A stretch of 64,000 bases of DNA, taken from an uncultured Anaerolineales bacterium. Its GTDB lineage: Bacteria; Chloroflexota; Anaerolineae; Anaerolineales; RBG-16-64-43. The stretch is from contig CAYGXJ010000002.1 of NCBI GenBank assembly GCA_964353865.1, positions 9,904 through 73,903 of the forward strand, read 5' to 3'. Made by a program: the position numbers and the translations under genes. Positions 11,834 through 20,855 of this stretch are shown piece after piece (position 1 is the first letter of the stretch; every line of letters starts with the position of its first letter). The notes beneath the pieces were generated by a model. It was not told the DNA's origin. It ran no database searches and was given only the letters and a program-made list of their open reading frames with translations.

Positions 11834-12952
11834 TTACTTGGGCGGGATGAAGCCCCACAACTTGGCACCGTTCTGCGGATCGAGGGCTACCAGCGGCGAC
11901 TCGCTCTCCAGCACGGTAAAGAGCAGCCTGCCGCCGGCCAACAGCGGGTCGCCATACAGCTTGCCGCCCAGGGACTGCTGCCAACGGATGGTGCCATCGG
12001 CCGCGTCGAGCGCGTAGGCGGTGCCGGCCTCGGTGCCGATATAGATGAGGCCTGCCTCCGCGAAGGGCGTGGCGCGCACCGGGCTGTCGAGCCGCACCTG
12101 CCATAGCGTGCGGCCGCTGGCAAGTTCCACTGCCTGCAGCCCGCCGCTCAAATCGCCGAAGATCGCGCTCTCGCCCACGACGACGGGCGCGCCCCACACC
12201 CAGCCCTTGGCCTGGGTGGTCCACACTTCGCGCCCGTGCGCGGCGTCGAGGGCCACGACCCGCCCGTCAAACGTCCCGATCAGAACGAGGTTGTTGGCCA
12301 CGGCCGGCCCGCCGGCTAACGCGGCGCCCAGGTCGCGCGACCAGACAAGTTGACCATCGGCCGCACGAACGGCGTACAGGTTGTGGTCGAGCGAGGCTAC
12401 GTAGAGCAGCTCGCCCAGCGGGACGGGCGCACTCCAGATGGCGTGCGTGGCGCTAAAGATCCAGCGCGTTGCGCCGTCGGCCGCATTGAGCGCGTAGAGC
12501 GCTCCATTGCCAGCCGGAGCGTAAAGGCTCTCGCCCAGCGCGAGCGCCGGGGCCACGAACGGCTCGCGGCCCAGCGGCATCTTCCACACAACGGTGCCGC
12601 TCGTAGCGTCCACGAGATGGACGGACTTGTCGGAGCTCGTCAGCGCCAGCCGGCCGTCGGAGGTGAGCGCCGGGTTGCTGTAAAAGGTCGTGCCGGCCGC
12701 TGCCTTGTCCGGATAGCGCCAGCGCAGCGTCCCGTTCTGCAGGTCGAGTGCATACAGGTACTGCCCATCGGCCAGATAGGCGGTGGCGGCGGAGGCCGAC
12801 AGGCCGGGCCACGAGGTGCTCGGCAGCGTGCCGGAACATGCGCCGAGAAGCACGGCCAGCGCCAAGCTGGCCAGTACCAGCCCAGCGCGCTTCGTGCCAG
12901 TTCGCGGGAAGTAATGCTCGAATGCATGAGTGAGATGGGCGATGCGAAGCAC
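11834..12952 (-). CDS. PQQ-like (BamB-like) 8-bladed beta-propeller lipoprotein
   Basis: Eight repeats of the AxDxxxGxxxW type are present (YALDLQNGTLRW, LYALNAADGATRW, AYALDAADGTIRW and others). The proposed GTG start at 12952 has a GGAGA RBS and gives a lipobox LLGAC. The longer ORF to 13126 would overlap yidD. Confidence 0.75.
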   Translation of the reverse strand: MLRIAHLTHAFEHYFPRTGTKRAGLVLASLALAVLLGACSGTLPSTSWPGLSASAATAYLADGQYLYALDLQNGTLRWRYPDKAAAGTTFYSNPALTSDGRLALTSSDKSVHLVDATSGTVVWKMPLGREPFVAPALALGESLYAPAGNGALYALNAADGATRWIFSATHAIWSAPVPLGELLYVASLDHNLYAVRAADGQLVWSRDLGAALAGGPAVANNLVLIGTFDGRVVALDAAHGREVWTTQAKGWVWGAPVVVGESAIFGDLSGGLQAVELASGRTLWQVRLDSPVRATPFAEAGLIYIGTEAGTAYALDAADGTIRWQQSLGGKLYGDPLLAGGRLLFTVLESESPLVALDPQNGAKLWGFIPPK

Positions 12953-12984
12953 GCTAGTCGTCTCCGTGAATCCTTCTCCCCTTG

Positions 12985-13269
12985 TCAGGGAACCGGGTCG
13001 TACCCGCCCGGGTTGAACGGTTGGCAACGCAAGACACGCCAAGCCGCCATCGTGCCACCTTTGAGCAGGCCGTACTTCGCCACCGCCTGATAGCCGTAGT
13101 GCGAACAGGTGGGATAGAAGCGGCACGTGTTCACCGGGATGAGGCGTGAGAGAGTCATCTGATAGACCCGCATGAGCGCAAGCGCGCCGAGCCGCGGCAG
13201 GTTGGGTGCACTCAATGGAATCGAGCGCAGCGGCGGATCAGGCGCGATCGGATGTTCCACTTTGTCCAT
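12985..13269 (-). CDS. yidD: Membrane protein insertion efficiency factor YidD
   Basis: Contains [38 protein letters not shown]. It overlaps the rnpA 3' end. Confidence 0.9.
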   Translation of the reverse strand: MDKVEHPIAPDPPLRSIPLSAPNLPRLGALALMRVYQMTLSRLIPVNTCRFYPTCSHYGYQAVAKYGLLKGGTMAAWRVLRCQPFNPGGYDPVP

Positions 13270-13609
13270 TTTCAGCGTTCAGGCATCCCGCCCGATGCAG
13301 CAGCACCCGCAGCGCAGCGCGCACCTCAGCCCACGGCGCCTCAAGCAACGGACGACGTGCGGTGATCACCAGGTCGATCCCCGGCCGCAGTGCGGGCAGC
13401 AAGGGCTGCAATGCGGCACGCAAACGCCGCCGCGCACGATTGCGGCTGACGGCCGTGCCCACTGCGCGGCTGGCTGTGACACCGATACGGAACGAGAGCT
13501 CAGCGCTGGGGGCGACGACAACAACCATAAGCGGGTGGGCGTGGGAAATACCATGTCGCCTCACCCGCTGGAATTCGCTCGCGCGTCGCAGGCGAAACCT
13601 TCGCTGCAT
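13238..13609 (-). CDS. rnpA: RNase P protein component
   Basis: ATG at 13609 inside ORF 13238..14071. Contains [15 protein letters not shown]...[23 protein letters not shown]. Confidence 0.85.
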   Translation of the reverse strand: MQRRFRLRRASEFQRVRRHGISHAHPLMVVVVAPSAELSFRIGVTASRAVGTAVSRNRARRRLRAALQPLLPALRPGIDLVITARRPLLEAPWAEVRAALRVLLHRAGCLNAENGQSGTSDRA

Positions 13610-13737
13610 CCATTCCAGCCGGGGTGCCGATAGCGGGTTGCGCCGAAGGTCGCCCCGTCTGATTCCTCGTCCATCCGCCGTGGCGTGCTGTGGGGGTGGC
13701 GCCGTGGCCGCAATCGTGCGGCCCAGGGCGCTGCCAA

Positions 13738-13911
13738 CTACGAGTTCCAGTTGACCTTCTTGACGTGTGTGCGCCGGACGGTCAGGCGCAGGCGGCCCTT
13801 GGCACGCCGCGAGGCGAGGACCTTGCGCCCGCCGCGCGTGGCCATGCGCGCGCGAAAGCCGTGCACGCGCGCGCGTCGCCGAATCTTGGGCTGATAAGTA
13901 CGCTTGGGCAT
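13738..13911 (-). CDS. rpmH: 50S ribosomal protein L34 (with a 12-aa C-terminal extension)
   Basis: Absent from the ORF track because it is under 60 aa. Hand translation gives [57 protein letters not shown], ending in TAG. Confidence 0.9.
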   Translation of the reverse strand: MPKRTYQPKIRRRARVHGFRARMATRGGRKVLASRRAKGRLRLTVRRTHVKKVNWNS

Positions 13912-13948
13912 CCGAGAATCCTTCTGACCCGATCAGAGTTGGAGGCTG

Positions 13949-13978
13949 ATTATACCAGCCGCCGCGCCGAGCGGTCAA
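13949..13978 (-). promoter_or_regulatory. Sigma70-type promoter for rpmH-rnpA
   Basis: The minus strand reads TTGACC, an 18-nt spacer, then TATAAT. The -10 element ends about 38 nt upstream of the rpmH ATG. Confidence 0.55.
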
Positions 13979-14139
13979 CCGCCACGAGCCTCGACGCAAC
14001 GCAAGTTGGGGGATCGGGGATCCCTGCAATGACGCCATGGGCGATTTGTCGGCGCCACAAAGGCCCTTCATCCAACCTGATCGTGCTCTGTCGGTCCGGG
14101 TCTAACGCCGGCGGCATCCCGTCTACGCTGGGCCCTCCG

Positions 14140-14168
14140 TTGACGCCCCAAATTCGGAGTGCTAGAAT
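14140..14168 (+). promoter_or_regulatory. Sigma70-type promoter for sdhCDAB
   Basis: TTGACG (14140-14145), a 17-nt spacer, then TAGAAT (14163-14168), 100 nt upstream of the sdhC ATG. Confidence 0.55.
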
Positions 14169-14267
14169 GCGATCCGTCGCGTTTCACGGGCGCCCGCAGT
14201 ATGGCTCATTCCCCGCCCTACCAGCGCGACCTCACCTGGCTGGGTCGGCACCAAACTGGAGGCGGGC

Positions 14268-14681
14268 ATGAGTCCTTTGCGCACGGTCATCACCGGCAGC
14301 GTGCGCTATCGCGGCCGGGAGGGGCAGTTAGCCTTCATCCTTCACCGCCTCGGCGGGCTGGGCACGCTGCTCTTCCTCGCCCTGCACATCCTCGACACCT
14401 CGACCGTTTACTTCTTCCCCAACCTCTACAAAGAAGCGCTGGCGCTTTACCGCCACCCGCTCTTCATGCTGGGGGAAATCTTCCTGGTGGCGGCTGTGAT
14501 CTATCACGGCGCCAATGGTTTGCGGATTGCCCTCTTCGACTTGTTCCCTCGGTTATGGCGCGCAGAGCGCGAGAAGCCCTCGGTCTACACCACCCTGGCG
14601 GTGACCGTGATCTTGTGGTTGCCTGCGGCCTTCATCATGGGGCGTAGCTTGATCGTCCACACCTTCCTGGGGTGGAAGTAG
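14268..14681 (+). CDS. sdhC: Succinate dehydrogenase cytochrome b subunit
   Basis: 137 aa with three TM helices and conserved His residues. It is the first gene of the sdh cluster and has a GGAGG RBS. Confidence 0.8.
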   Translation: MSPLRTVITGSVRYRGREGQLAFILHRLGGLGTLLFLALHILDTSTVYFFPNLYKEALALYRHPLFMLGEIFLVAAVIYHGANGLRIALFDLFPRLWRAEREKPSVYTTLAVTVILWLPAAFIMGRSLIVHTFLGWK

Positions 14682-14690
14682 GAGACGGCG

Positions 14691-15101
14691 ATGATCACGC
14701 TCAATACAACCTCGCGGGTCGTGTCCCCGCCGCCGCGCTCGCTCGATGGGCGCATCTGGCTGCTGATGCGCTACAGCGGCATCGCACTCATCCCGCTGGT
14801 ATGGATCCACATCCTGATTCAGGACGTGCTGGTGGGCGTGCACCGGATCGACATTGATTATGTCGCCCTGCGCTGGGCCACCCTCGGCTGGCGCGTCTAC
14901 GATATGGCGCTGCTGGCCTTCGCTTTCGCGCACGGCATGAATGGTCTGCGCCAGGTGCTTGAGGACTACATCACCCGCGACCGGCCGCGACGGCTCGTGC
15001 GCTGGGGGCTCTTCGCCGCGTGGCTGGTCATCACGGCCATCGGTGCAGCCGCCATCGTCGGCGGCGTCGGGCGCGGGGCCGGAGAGGCGGGCGGTTCATG
15101 A
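14691..15101 (+). CDS. sdhD: Succinate dehydrogenase hydrophobic anchor subunit
   Basis: 136 aa membrane protein lying between sdhC and sdhA. Its stop overlaps the sdhA ATG (ATGA). Confidence 0.7.
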   Translation: MITLNTTSRVVSPPPRSLDGRIWLLMRYSGIALIPLVWIHILIQDVLVGVHRIDIDYVALRWATLGWRVYDMALLAFAFAHGMNGLRQVLEDYITRDRPRRLVRWGLFAAWLVITAIGAAAIVGGVGRGAGEAGGS

Positions 15102-16891
15102 CACACCACCACCAATTCGACGCGGTCGTCGTGGGCGCCGGCGGTGCGGGGCTGATGGCGGCGCTGCAGGCCGCACGCCTGACCAACGTCGCCGTCATCT
15201 CCAAGATGTACCCCACCCGCTCGCACACCGGCACCGCCCAGGGCGGCATCGCCGCGCCGCTCGGCAACATGGAAGAAGACCACTGGGAATGGTACATGTA
15301 CGACACGGTCAAGGGCGGCGACTACCTGGTGGATCAAGATGCGGCCGAGATCCTGGCGCGCGAATCGGTCGAGGCCATCTACGAACTCGAACACATGGGG
15401 CTGCCCTTCGACCGCACCGAGGAAGGACGCATCGAGCAGCGCCGGTTCGGCGGGCACACGCGCGAATACGGCAAAGGCCCGGTGATGCGCTCGTGCAAGA
15501 GCGCCGACCGCACCGGCCATATGATTCTCCAGACGCTCTACCAGAACTGCATCAAGCACAACGTGCGTTTCTTCGATGAATTCTTCGTAGCCGACGTGCT
15601 GGTGCACGATGGCGTGGCGCGCGGCGTGGTAGCGGTGGAGATCGCCACCGGCGAGCTGCATCTCTTCCATGCCAAGGCCGTACTCCTGGCGAGCGGCGGG
15701 TTCGGACGCATGTTCGCCGTCACCTCCAACGCCCATTCGCTGACCGGCGAGCCGGTGGCCGCGCTCTATCGGCGCGGGCTGCCGCTGGAGGATATGGAAT
15801 TTTTCCAGTTCCACCCGACCGGCATCTACAAGATGGGCATCCTGCTGTCGGAGGCGGCTCGCGGCGAAGGCGGCGTACTGCTCAATGGGCGCGGCGAGCG
15901 CTTCCTCGAGAACTACGTACCTACGCTCATGGACCTGGCCCCGCGCGATATGCTCTCGCGCTTCATCTATCAAGAAGTGGCGGCCGGGCGTGGGGTGGAC
16001 GGTAAAGATTACGTTTACCTCGACATCCGCCCGGAGACGATCAACCGCTGCGGGAGCGCGCCCGGCGGGCGGACGGTGACGGCGGCCGAGCTCGAGGAGA
16101 AACTGCCCGACATCATCGAGATGATGCGCGTCTACATGGGGGTCGAGCCGATGCGCGAGCCGGTGCCCGTCCAGCCCACCGCGCACTATGCCATGGGCGG
16201 CATTCCCACCGACAACGACGGGCGGGTTCTCGCCGGCCCAGCGCGCACAGTGAGCGGGCTGTATGCGGCCGGCGAGTGCGCCTGCGTCTCGGTGCACGGC
16301 GCCAACCGCCTGGGCACCAACTCCCTGGTCGACCTGGTGGTCTTCGGCCGGCGCGGCGGCAAGGCACTGGGCGAGTTCTGCCGGCGCGCCGATTACGCCC
16401 CGCTGCCGCCACAGGCGGAAGCCGAGGCCCACGACGCGCTCGCGGAACTGCGGGCCAGCCGCGGCCGAGAGCGGGTGGGAACGGTGCGCAGCGAGTTGCA
16501 GCGCGTGATGATGGACAACGTGGGCGTATTCCGCAAGGCCGCCGGCATGCGCGAGGCGTTGTCTACAGTCCGCGCGTTGAAGGAGCGCTACACACAGATC
16601 GGCCTTGACGACCGCGGCGCGACGTTTAACACAGACCTGCTGGAGGCGTTTGAACTCGGCGCGCTGCTTGACCTGGCGGAGGTCACGACCGCCTCGGCTC
16701 TCCAGCGCACCGAAAGCCGCGGCGCGCACTACCGCGACGATTTTCCCGAACGCGATGACACCCACTGGCTGAAGCACACGCTGGCTTCCTGCAGCGAGGG
16801 GGCCAGTGTGCGCCCCACGCGAGGCGAGGTGCGCTTCGAGGCCAAGCCGGTGGTGGTCACGCGCTTCGAGCCCAAGCCGCGTACGTACTGA
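15098..16891 (+). CDS. sdhA: Succinate dehydrogenase flavoprotein subunit
   Basis: ATG at 15098. Motifs: [13 protein letters not shown], the [13 protein letters not shown]-histidine motif, HPTGI and ESRGAHYR. Confidence 0.96.
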   Translation: MTHHHQFDAVVVGAGGAGLMAALQAARLTNVAVISKMYPTRSHTGTAQGGIAAPLGNMEEDHWEWYMYDTVKGGDYLVDQDAAEILARESVEAIYELEHMGLPFDRTEEGRIEQRRFGGHTREYGKGPVMRSCKSADRTGHMILQTLYQNCIKHNVRFFDEFFVADVLVHDGVARGVVAVEIATGELHLFHAKAVLLASGGFGRMFAVTSNAHSLTGEPVAALYRRGLPLEDMEFFQFHPTGIYKMGILLSEAARGEGGVLLNGRGERFLENYVPTLMDLAPRDMLSRFIYQEVAAGRGVDGKDYVYLDIRPETINRCGSAPGGRTVTAAELEEKLPDIIEMMRVYMGVEPMREPVPVQPTAHYAMGGIPTDNDGRVLAGPARTVSGLYAAGECACVSVHGANRLGTNSLVDLVVFGRRGGKALGEFCRRADYAPLPPQAEAEAHDALAELRASRGRERVGTVRSELQRVMMDNVGVFRKAAGMREALSTVRALKERYTQIGLDDRGATFNTDLLEAFELGALLDLAEVTTASALQRTESRGAHYRDDFPERDDTHWLKHTLASCSEGASVRPTRGEVRFEAKPVVVTRFEPKPRTY

Positions 16892-16915
16892 TCGGCAGCG
16901 GTGGAGAGAGAGCGA

Positions 16916-17626
16916 ATGGCGAAGGTCACGCTCAAGATCAAGCGCTACAACCCCGAGCGCGAGCCTGCCTCCTGGTGGTCGGAGCACGCCCTGCAGGCCG
17001 AGCCGACGGAAAGGGTGCTCGACCTCTTGAACCGGGTCAAATGGGAGCAGGATGGCACGCTCAGCTTCCGGCGCTCGTGCGGGCACGGCATTTGCGGCAG
17101 CGACTCGATTCGCATCGACGGCGCCAACCGGCTGGCCTGCAAGACGCTTGTCTCGGAGCTGGGCTCTACCATCAGCATCGAACCGCTGCTCGGCATGCGC
17201 GTGCAGAAGGACCTGATCGTCGACCTGGAACCCTTCTTCGCGGCTTACCGCACGGTAAAGCCGTACTTCATCAGCGATGCCCCGCTGCCGCCGGATGGGC
17301 GCGAGCAGCTACAGACGCCGGCTCAGCGCCTGCGCTTCGACGATACGACCAAGTGCATCCTGTGTGCGTGCTGCACCGCCTCCTGCCCTTCGTTCTGGGC
17401 CAGCAACGAATACATCGGGCCGGCCAGCATCGTCCAGGCCCACCGCTTCATCTTCGACTCGCGTGACGAAGGCGCGGGTGAGCGGCTGCAGGTGGCTGGT
17501 GAGACGATGGGTGTGTGGCGCTGCCACACCGCTTTCAACTGCACTCTGGCCTGCCCGCGCGGGATCAACATCACCCAAGCCATCGGCGAGGTGAAGCGCG
17601 CCCTGGCCACCGGGCGAGTCGAGTAG
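16916..17626 (+). CDS. sdhB: Succinate dehydrogenase iron-sulfur subunit
   Basis: Begins MAKVTLKIKRYNPE. Cys clusters: SCGHGICGSD, CILCACCTASCPS and CHTAFNCTLACPRGI. Confidence 0.93.
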   Translation: MAKVTLKIKRYNPEREPASWWSEHALQAEPTERVLDLLNRVKWEQDGTLSFRRSCGHGICGSDSIRIDGANRLACKTLVSELGSTISIEPLLGMRVQKDLIVDLEPFFAAYRTVKPYFISDAPLPPDGREQLQTPAQRLRFDDTTKCILCACCTASCPSFWASNEYIGPASIVQAHRFIFDSRDEGAGERLQVAGETMGVWRCHTAFNCTLACPRGINITQAIGEVKRALATGRVE

Positions 17627-17677
17627 AAACGCTACGCGTCCTCACACAAGGGCGCGCCATGTTCCGGGAGGATAGAA

Positions 17678-18676
17678 ATGTCGGTGCTCTCGAACTGGGG
17701 CGAGATCCTGCGCACGGCCAACCTTTCGCCCGACAAACATATGGACACCGTCTCGCGCTGGCTGATCATTACCCGCGCCGCGGTATTCACGATGACCCTG
17801 ACCTCTGGGTTGATCGGCGGCTTGTTGGCGGCCGCCTATGCTCCGGCCGTACGCTGGGACCTGCTGCTTCTGGCGGTGGCCGGACTGGTGCTGGCGCACG
17901 CCGCCAACAACATGATCAACGACTACTTCGATCTGGAGGGCGGCGTCGACACGAGCGAGTATGCGCGCGCGCTGTATGCCCCGCACCCGATTCTCAGCGG
18001 GTTGATCTCCAAGGCTGGGCTGCGCCGCGCCATCTTCCTGGTCAATGCGGTGGACGCTGCTCTGATGGTGTACCTGATCTGGATGCGCGGCTGGCTGGTG
18101 CTGCTGTTTGCCCTGGCCGGGTTGTTCATCAGCGTGTTCTACGTCGCCCCGCCGATTCGCCTCAAGCACATCGGCCTGGGCGAGTTGGGCGTGCTCCTGG
18201 TGTGGGGGCCGCTGATGATCGGCGGCGTGTATTTCGTCGCGGCGGGCGAGGTGCCTTCGTGGGTGTGGGGCGCGGCGTTGCCTTTTGCACTGCTCACGAC
18301 CACCGTGCTGATCGGCAAGCACGTCGACAAGCTCGATCAGGACAAAGCGCGCGGCATCCGCACGCTGCCGGTGCTGCTCGGGGGCGAGGTCTCGCGCGGG
18401 TTGAACGTGGCGCTGATGGTCTTGTTCTATGCGCTGGTGGTGGGGCTGGTGCTCCTGCGCTGGGCCAGCCCGTGGATCCTGCTCGCGTTCCTCGCACTGG
18501 GGCGGCTGGTGCGGGTCATGCGCATCTACCGCGAGCCCAAGCCCGCGCAGCCGCCGCCGAATTACCCGGTTTGGCCATTGTGGTACGTCTCGGCGGCCTT
18601 CTGGCATAACAAGCTGGCCGGAGCCCTGTTCGTGCTGGGGCTAGTTGCGCAGCTCATCCTGCCGGCGAAGTTCTAA
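17678..18676 (+). CDS. UbiA-family prenyltransferase (MenA-like)
   Basis: 332 aa with about 8 TM helices. Asp-rich motifs NNMINDYFD and KHVDKLDQD are present. It sits next to sdh. Confidence 0.8.
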   Translation: MSVLSNWGEILRTANLSPDKHMDTVSRWLIITRAAVFTMTLTSGLIGGLLAAAYAPAVRWDLLLLAVAGLVLAHAANNMINDYFDLEGGVDTSEYARALYAPHPILSGLISKAGLRRAIFLVNAVDAALMVYLIWMRGWLVLLFALAGLFISVFYVAPPIRLKHIGLGELGVLLVWGPLMIGGVYFVAAGEVPSWVWGAALPFALLTTTVLIGKHVDKLDQDKARGIRTLPVLLGGEVSRGLNVALMVLFYALVVGLVLLRWASPWILLAFLALGRLVRVMRIYREPKPAQPPPNYPVWPLWYVSAAFWHNKLAGALFVLGLVAQLILPAKF

Positions 18677-18712
18677 CGACGGCCGGGAGCCGTGGAGTGT
18701 GTGAGCGCGATT

Positions 18713-18746
18713 GGGGCTGTCCCAAAAGGGGCAGTCCCTTTGTGTT
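18713..18746 (+). terminator. Rho-independent terminator after the prenyltransferase gene
   Basis: GGGGCTGTCCC-aaaa-GGGGCAGTCCC forms an 11-bp stem with two G-U pairs. It is followed by TTTGTGTT. Confidence 0.7.
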
Positions 18747-18826
18747 CTGGAAAGAAGGTGCGCACGTCATCGGATTCGATGCCGGCATATAGCGTGCGGA
18801 TTGCTTGAGGCGGCCGCGAACGTTCG

Positions 18827-18893
18827 TCCGTGCGCGGGACTCGATGCGCATGCCGTATGCCTCCGGGGATGCGTAAGGCATGCTATGCCCTCT
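18827..18893 (+). repeat. GCGTAAGGCATGC-core repeat, copy A
   Basis: tccgtgcgcgggactcgatgcgcatgcc...gcgtaaggcatgctatgccctc. It lies 20 nt downstream of the enoyl-CoA hydratase stop. Confidence 0.75.
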
Positions 18894-18912
18894 TCCAGAT
18901 CGGTTCGGAGAG

Positions 18913-19698
18913 CTACTCGCCTTTGAAGTCGGGTGTCCGCTTCTCGAGAAAAGCGCTCACGCCCTCGAGATGATCGCGGGTGAGGGAGGCTTGCTGCTGC
19001 AGCTCGCCTTCCACCTCGAGCGCCGAGGCGAACGAGGCGTGCTGCGCCGCGAGAAAGGCGCGCTTGGTGAGGGCCAGCGCGCGGGTCGGGCCGTGGGCCA
19101 GGCGATGGGCGACCTCCAAGAGGCCGAAGGGGAACTCGGCTTCAGTGAAGATGCGCGAGACGAGACCCATGCGGTACGCCTGAGCGGCGTCCAGCGGTTC
19201 ATCGAGCATGGCCATGGCGAGCGCGGGCGCAAAGCCCATCAGGCGCGGCAGCCAGTAGGCCACCCCGCTGTCGGGCGCGAGGCCCAGGCGGGTGAAACCG
19301 TAGCGGAACTGGGCCGAGTCCGTCGCCACGCGCACGTCGCATGCCAACGCAAGACCTAGGCCTGCGCCGACCGCCGGGCCGTTGATACCCGCCACAATCG
19401 GTTTGGGCGTCGCCTGCATTTTGAGCACCAGAGGGTTGTAGGTCTCTTCGAGATGTTCGCGGTATGAGACCTTGCCGGCGGAGCTTTTAAAATCGCCCAT
19501 GTCCTGGCCGGCGCAGAAGAATCGTCCGCTGCCGGTGATGACAACCACGCGCACGGCGGGGTCGGCGCCGGCGGACTCCAAAGCCGCCAATGTCTCGAGG
19601 GCCATCTCGCGGTTGAGCGGGTTGGCGCGCGGGCGGTTGAAGGTGAGGGTGAAGATGCCCTCATGGAACTCGGTGAGCAGCGTGTTGTACGAGGACAT
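18913..19698 (-). CDS. Enoyl-CoA hydratase/isomerase (crotonase family)
   Basis: ATG at 19698 inside ORF 18913..20112. Motifs: VVVITGSGRFFCAGQD and INGPAVGAGLGLALACDVRVA. Confidence 0.9.
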   Translation of the reverse strand: MSSYNTLLTEFHEGIFTLTFNRPRANPLNREMALETLAALESAGADPAVRVVVITGSGRFFCAGQDMGDFKSSAGKVSYREHLEETYNPLVLKMQATPKPIVAGINGPAVGAGLGLALACDVRVATDSAQFRYGFTRLGLAPDSGVAYWLPRLMGFAPALAMAMLDEPLDAAQAYRMGLVSRIFTEAEFPFGLLEVAHRLAHGPTRALALTKRAFLAAQHASFASALEVEGELQQQASLTRDHLEGVSAFLEKRTPDFKGE

Positions 19699-19777
19699 GC
19701 GGCCTCCGCGCCGGGCATCGGGCCCTGCCCGGCCGTGCACAACAAGAAGGCGAACGCCGTCGCTCGCCATGCAGAAA

Positions 19778-20182
19778 CTAGGGTGTCGCGCTGGGAGGGT
19801 TTGGCCCCTCGGCCTCCGAAGGATCCTCGCCCCAATCCACCTCGGCCTCCACCTCCAGGGGCAGGCGCACCCACAACATGAGCATCTGGCCCTCGGCCAC
19901 TTCGGCCGAGCGCGCGGCCACGATGGGTGCATGCTCGATGCGTCCGTCATCGCTGCGGTACTCAAGCTGCATCGGCCGCTGGCCCTTCCACGCGCGATAG
20001 CAGCGCTCGACGAGGGCCGGCCCGTTGAAGGTGCGCAGCCGGGTGAGCGCTGTGCGTGAGGGCTGTGCTGCCTCAGCCAGGCTCTGGACCCAATCGTCCG
20101 CGCGCTCCTCAAAGGTCGGCGGCGGGCCTTCGATGATGGTGATCTTCTCGGCTTCGGATGCGCCCGAGGGTTCGCTCTTCAT
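19778..20182 (-). CDS. Hypothetical protein (134 aa)
   Basis: ATG start and high third-position GC. I recognised no family. Confidence 0.5.
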   Translation of the reverse strand: MKSEPSGASEAEKITIIEGPPPTFEERADDWVQSLAEAAQPSRTALTRLRTFNGPALVERCYRAWKGQRPMQLEYRSDDGRIEHAPIVAARSAEVAEGQMLMLWVRLPLEVEAEVDWGEDPSEAEGPNPPSATP

Positions 20183-20255
20183 GATGAGAGAATCTTACCA
20201 CAGCGCTTGAGGGGAGGAGCACTTGGCACTCAGCCATCGGCCGTCGGCAATCATG

Positions 20256-20855
20256 CGAATTGTGGGTGGTGTGGATCGCAACAGTCACGAACGTCGTCCA
20301 CGCGAAGGCGGGGACGCAGGATGAACATTGGGCCTGTCAAGATATCGTGAACGCAGGGAACCAAACTGCGGGGCGAAGAGGCGATTCTGCATTCATCCCA
20401 TCGGTGGAGCACCTGGATTCCCGCTACGAACGCGCGGGAATGACGACCAAGACAATGCTAGCCTTGGCGCGCCCACGCGCTGCGGTCAACGCGAGCGAGT
20501 GGGGTTCGAGGATTCCCGCTACGACCACGCGGGAATGAGGAGCACCAAGGCAGACGGCGCACTTGGTGTACTCGAATTGGTGAGGCTGTTTGGCGCATCA
20601 GGCATGATCGTCGTCCCCGCGAAGGCGGGGACCCAGGACGAAGATGTGGTATGTTGCTCACCGAGGAACGAAGGAAACCGAATGGCCACGCGCATGGTCG
20701 ATCCGGCATTCTCCAATCGCAGGATCACCTGGAGTCCAGCCGGGAACTCGCGCGAATGACGATCGAGGCCTGCGAAGAATCTCGCGGCTACACGGATCTG
20801 GCAACATGGGTGAAGCCCCCCTGGATTCCGGTTACGAACAGGCGAGAATGAAGAG
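20256..20855 (+). repeat. Two tandem, diverged copies of a ~315-bp composite hairpin repeat (A-B-B / A-B-B)
   Basis: A-type hairpins GTCGTCC(A/C)CGCGAAGGCGGGGAC lie at 20293 and 20610. B-type hairpins CTGGATTCCCGCTACGA...GCGGGAATGA lie at 20413, 20508, 20729 (degenerate) and 20821 (degenerate). Corresponding elements are 313-317 bp apart, and the stretches between hairpins also align. Confidence 0.8.

Noticed and set aside
13912-14267. Replication origin next to rpmH, since the rpmH-rnpA-yidC-jag cluster usually neighbours dnaA and oriC.
   Set aside because: No dnaA or dnaN gene is adjacent; sdhC follows instead. I found no TTATCCACA-like DnaA boxes or AT-rich unwinding element in the 356-bp spacer. 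Two divergent promoters explain the spacer.
14966-17086. Very long antisense or alternative-frame ORFs. Examples are 14966..17086(-), 22130..23644(+), 31649..33034(+), 37016..38008(+), 41983..43701(+), 48893..49972(-) and 62011..63069(-).
   Set aside because: Each lies opposite or out of frame to a gene with strong family motifs. Their translations are Arg/Ala/Gly/Pro-rich low-complexity sequence, typical of stop-poor non-coding frames in high-GC DNA.
20256-20855. Possible CRISPR array. The A-type repeat GTCGTCCCCGCGAAGGCGGGGAC resembles type I CRISPR repeats with a CCCCGC/GCGGGG stem.
   Set aside because: Two different repeat types alternate at about 95-120 bp spacing. The 'spacers' are homologous between units. 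Only two A-type copies occur here. No cas genes or leader are present. Isolated copies occur elsewhere (28654-28900).
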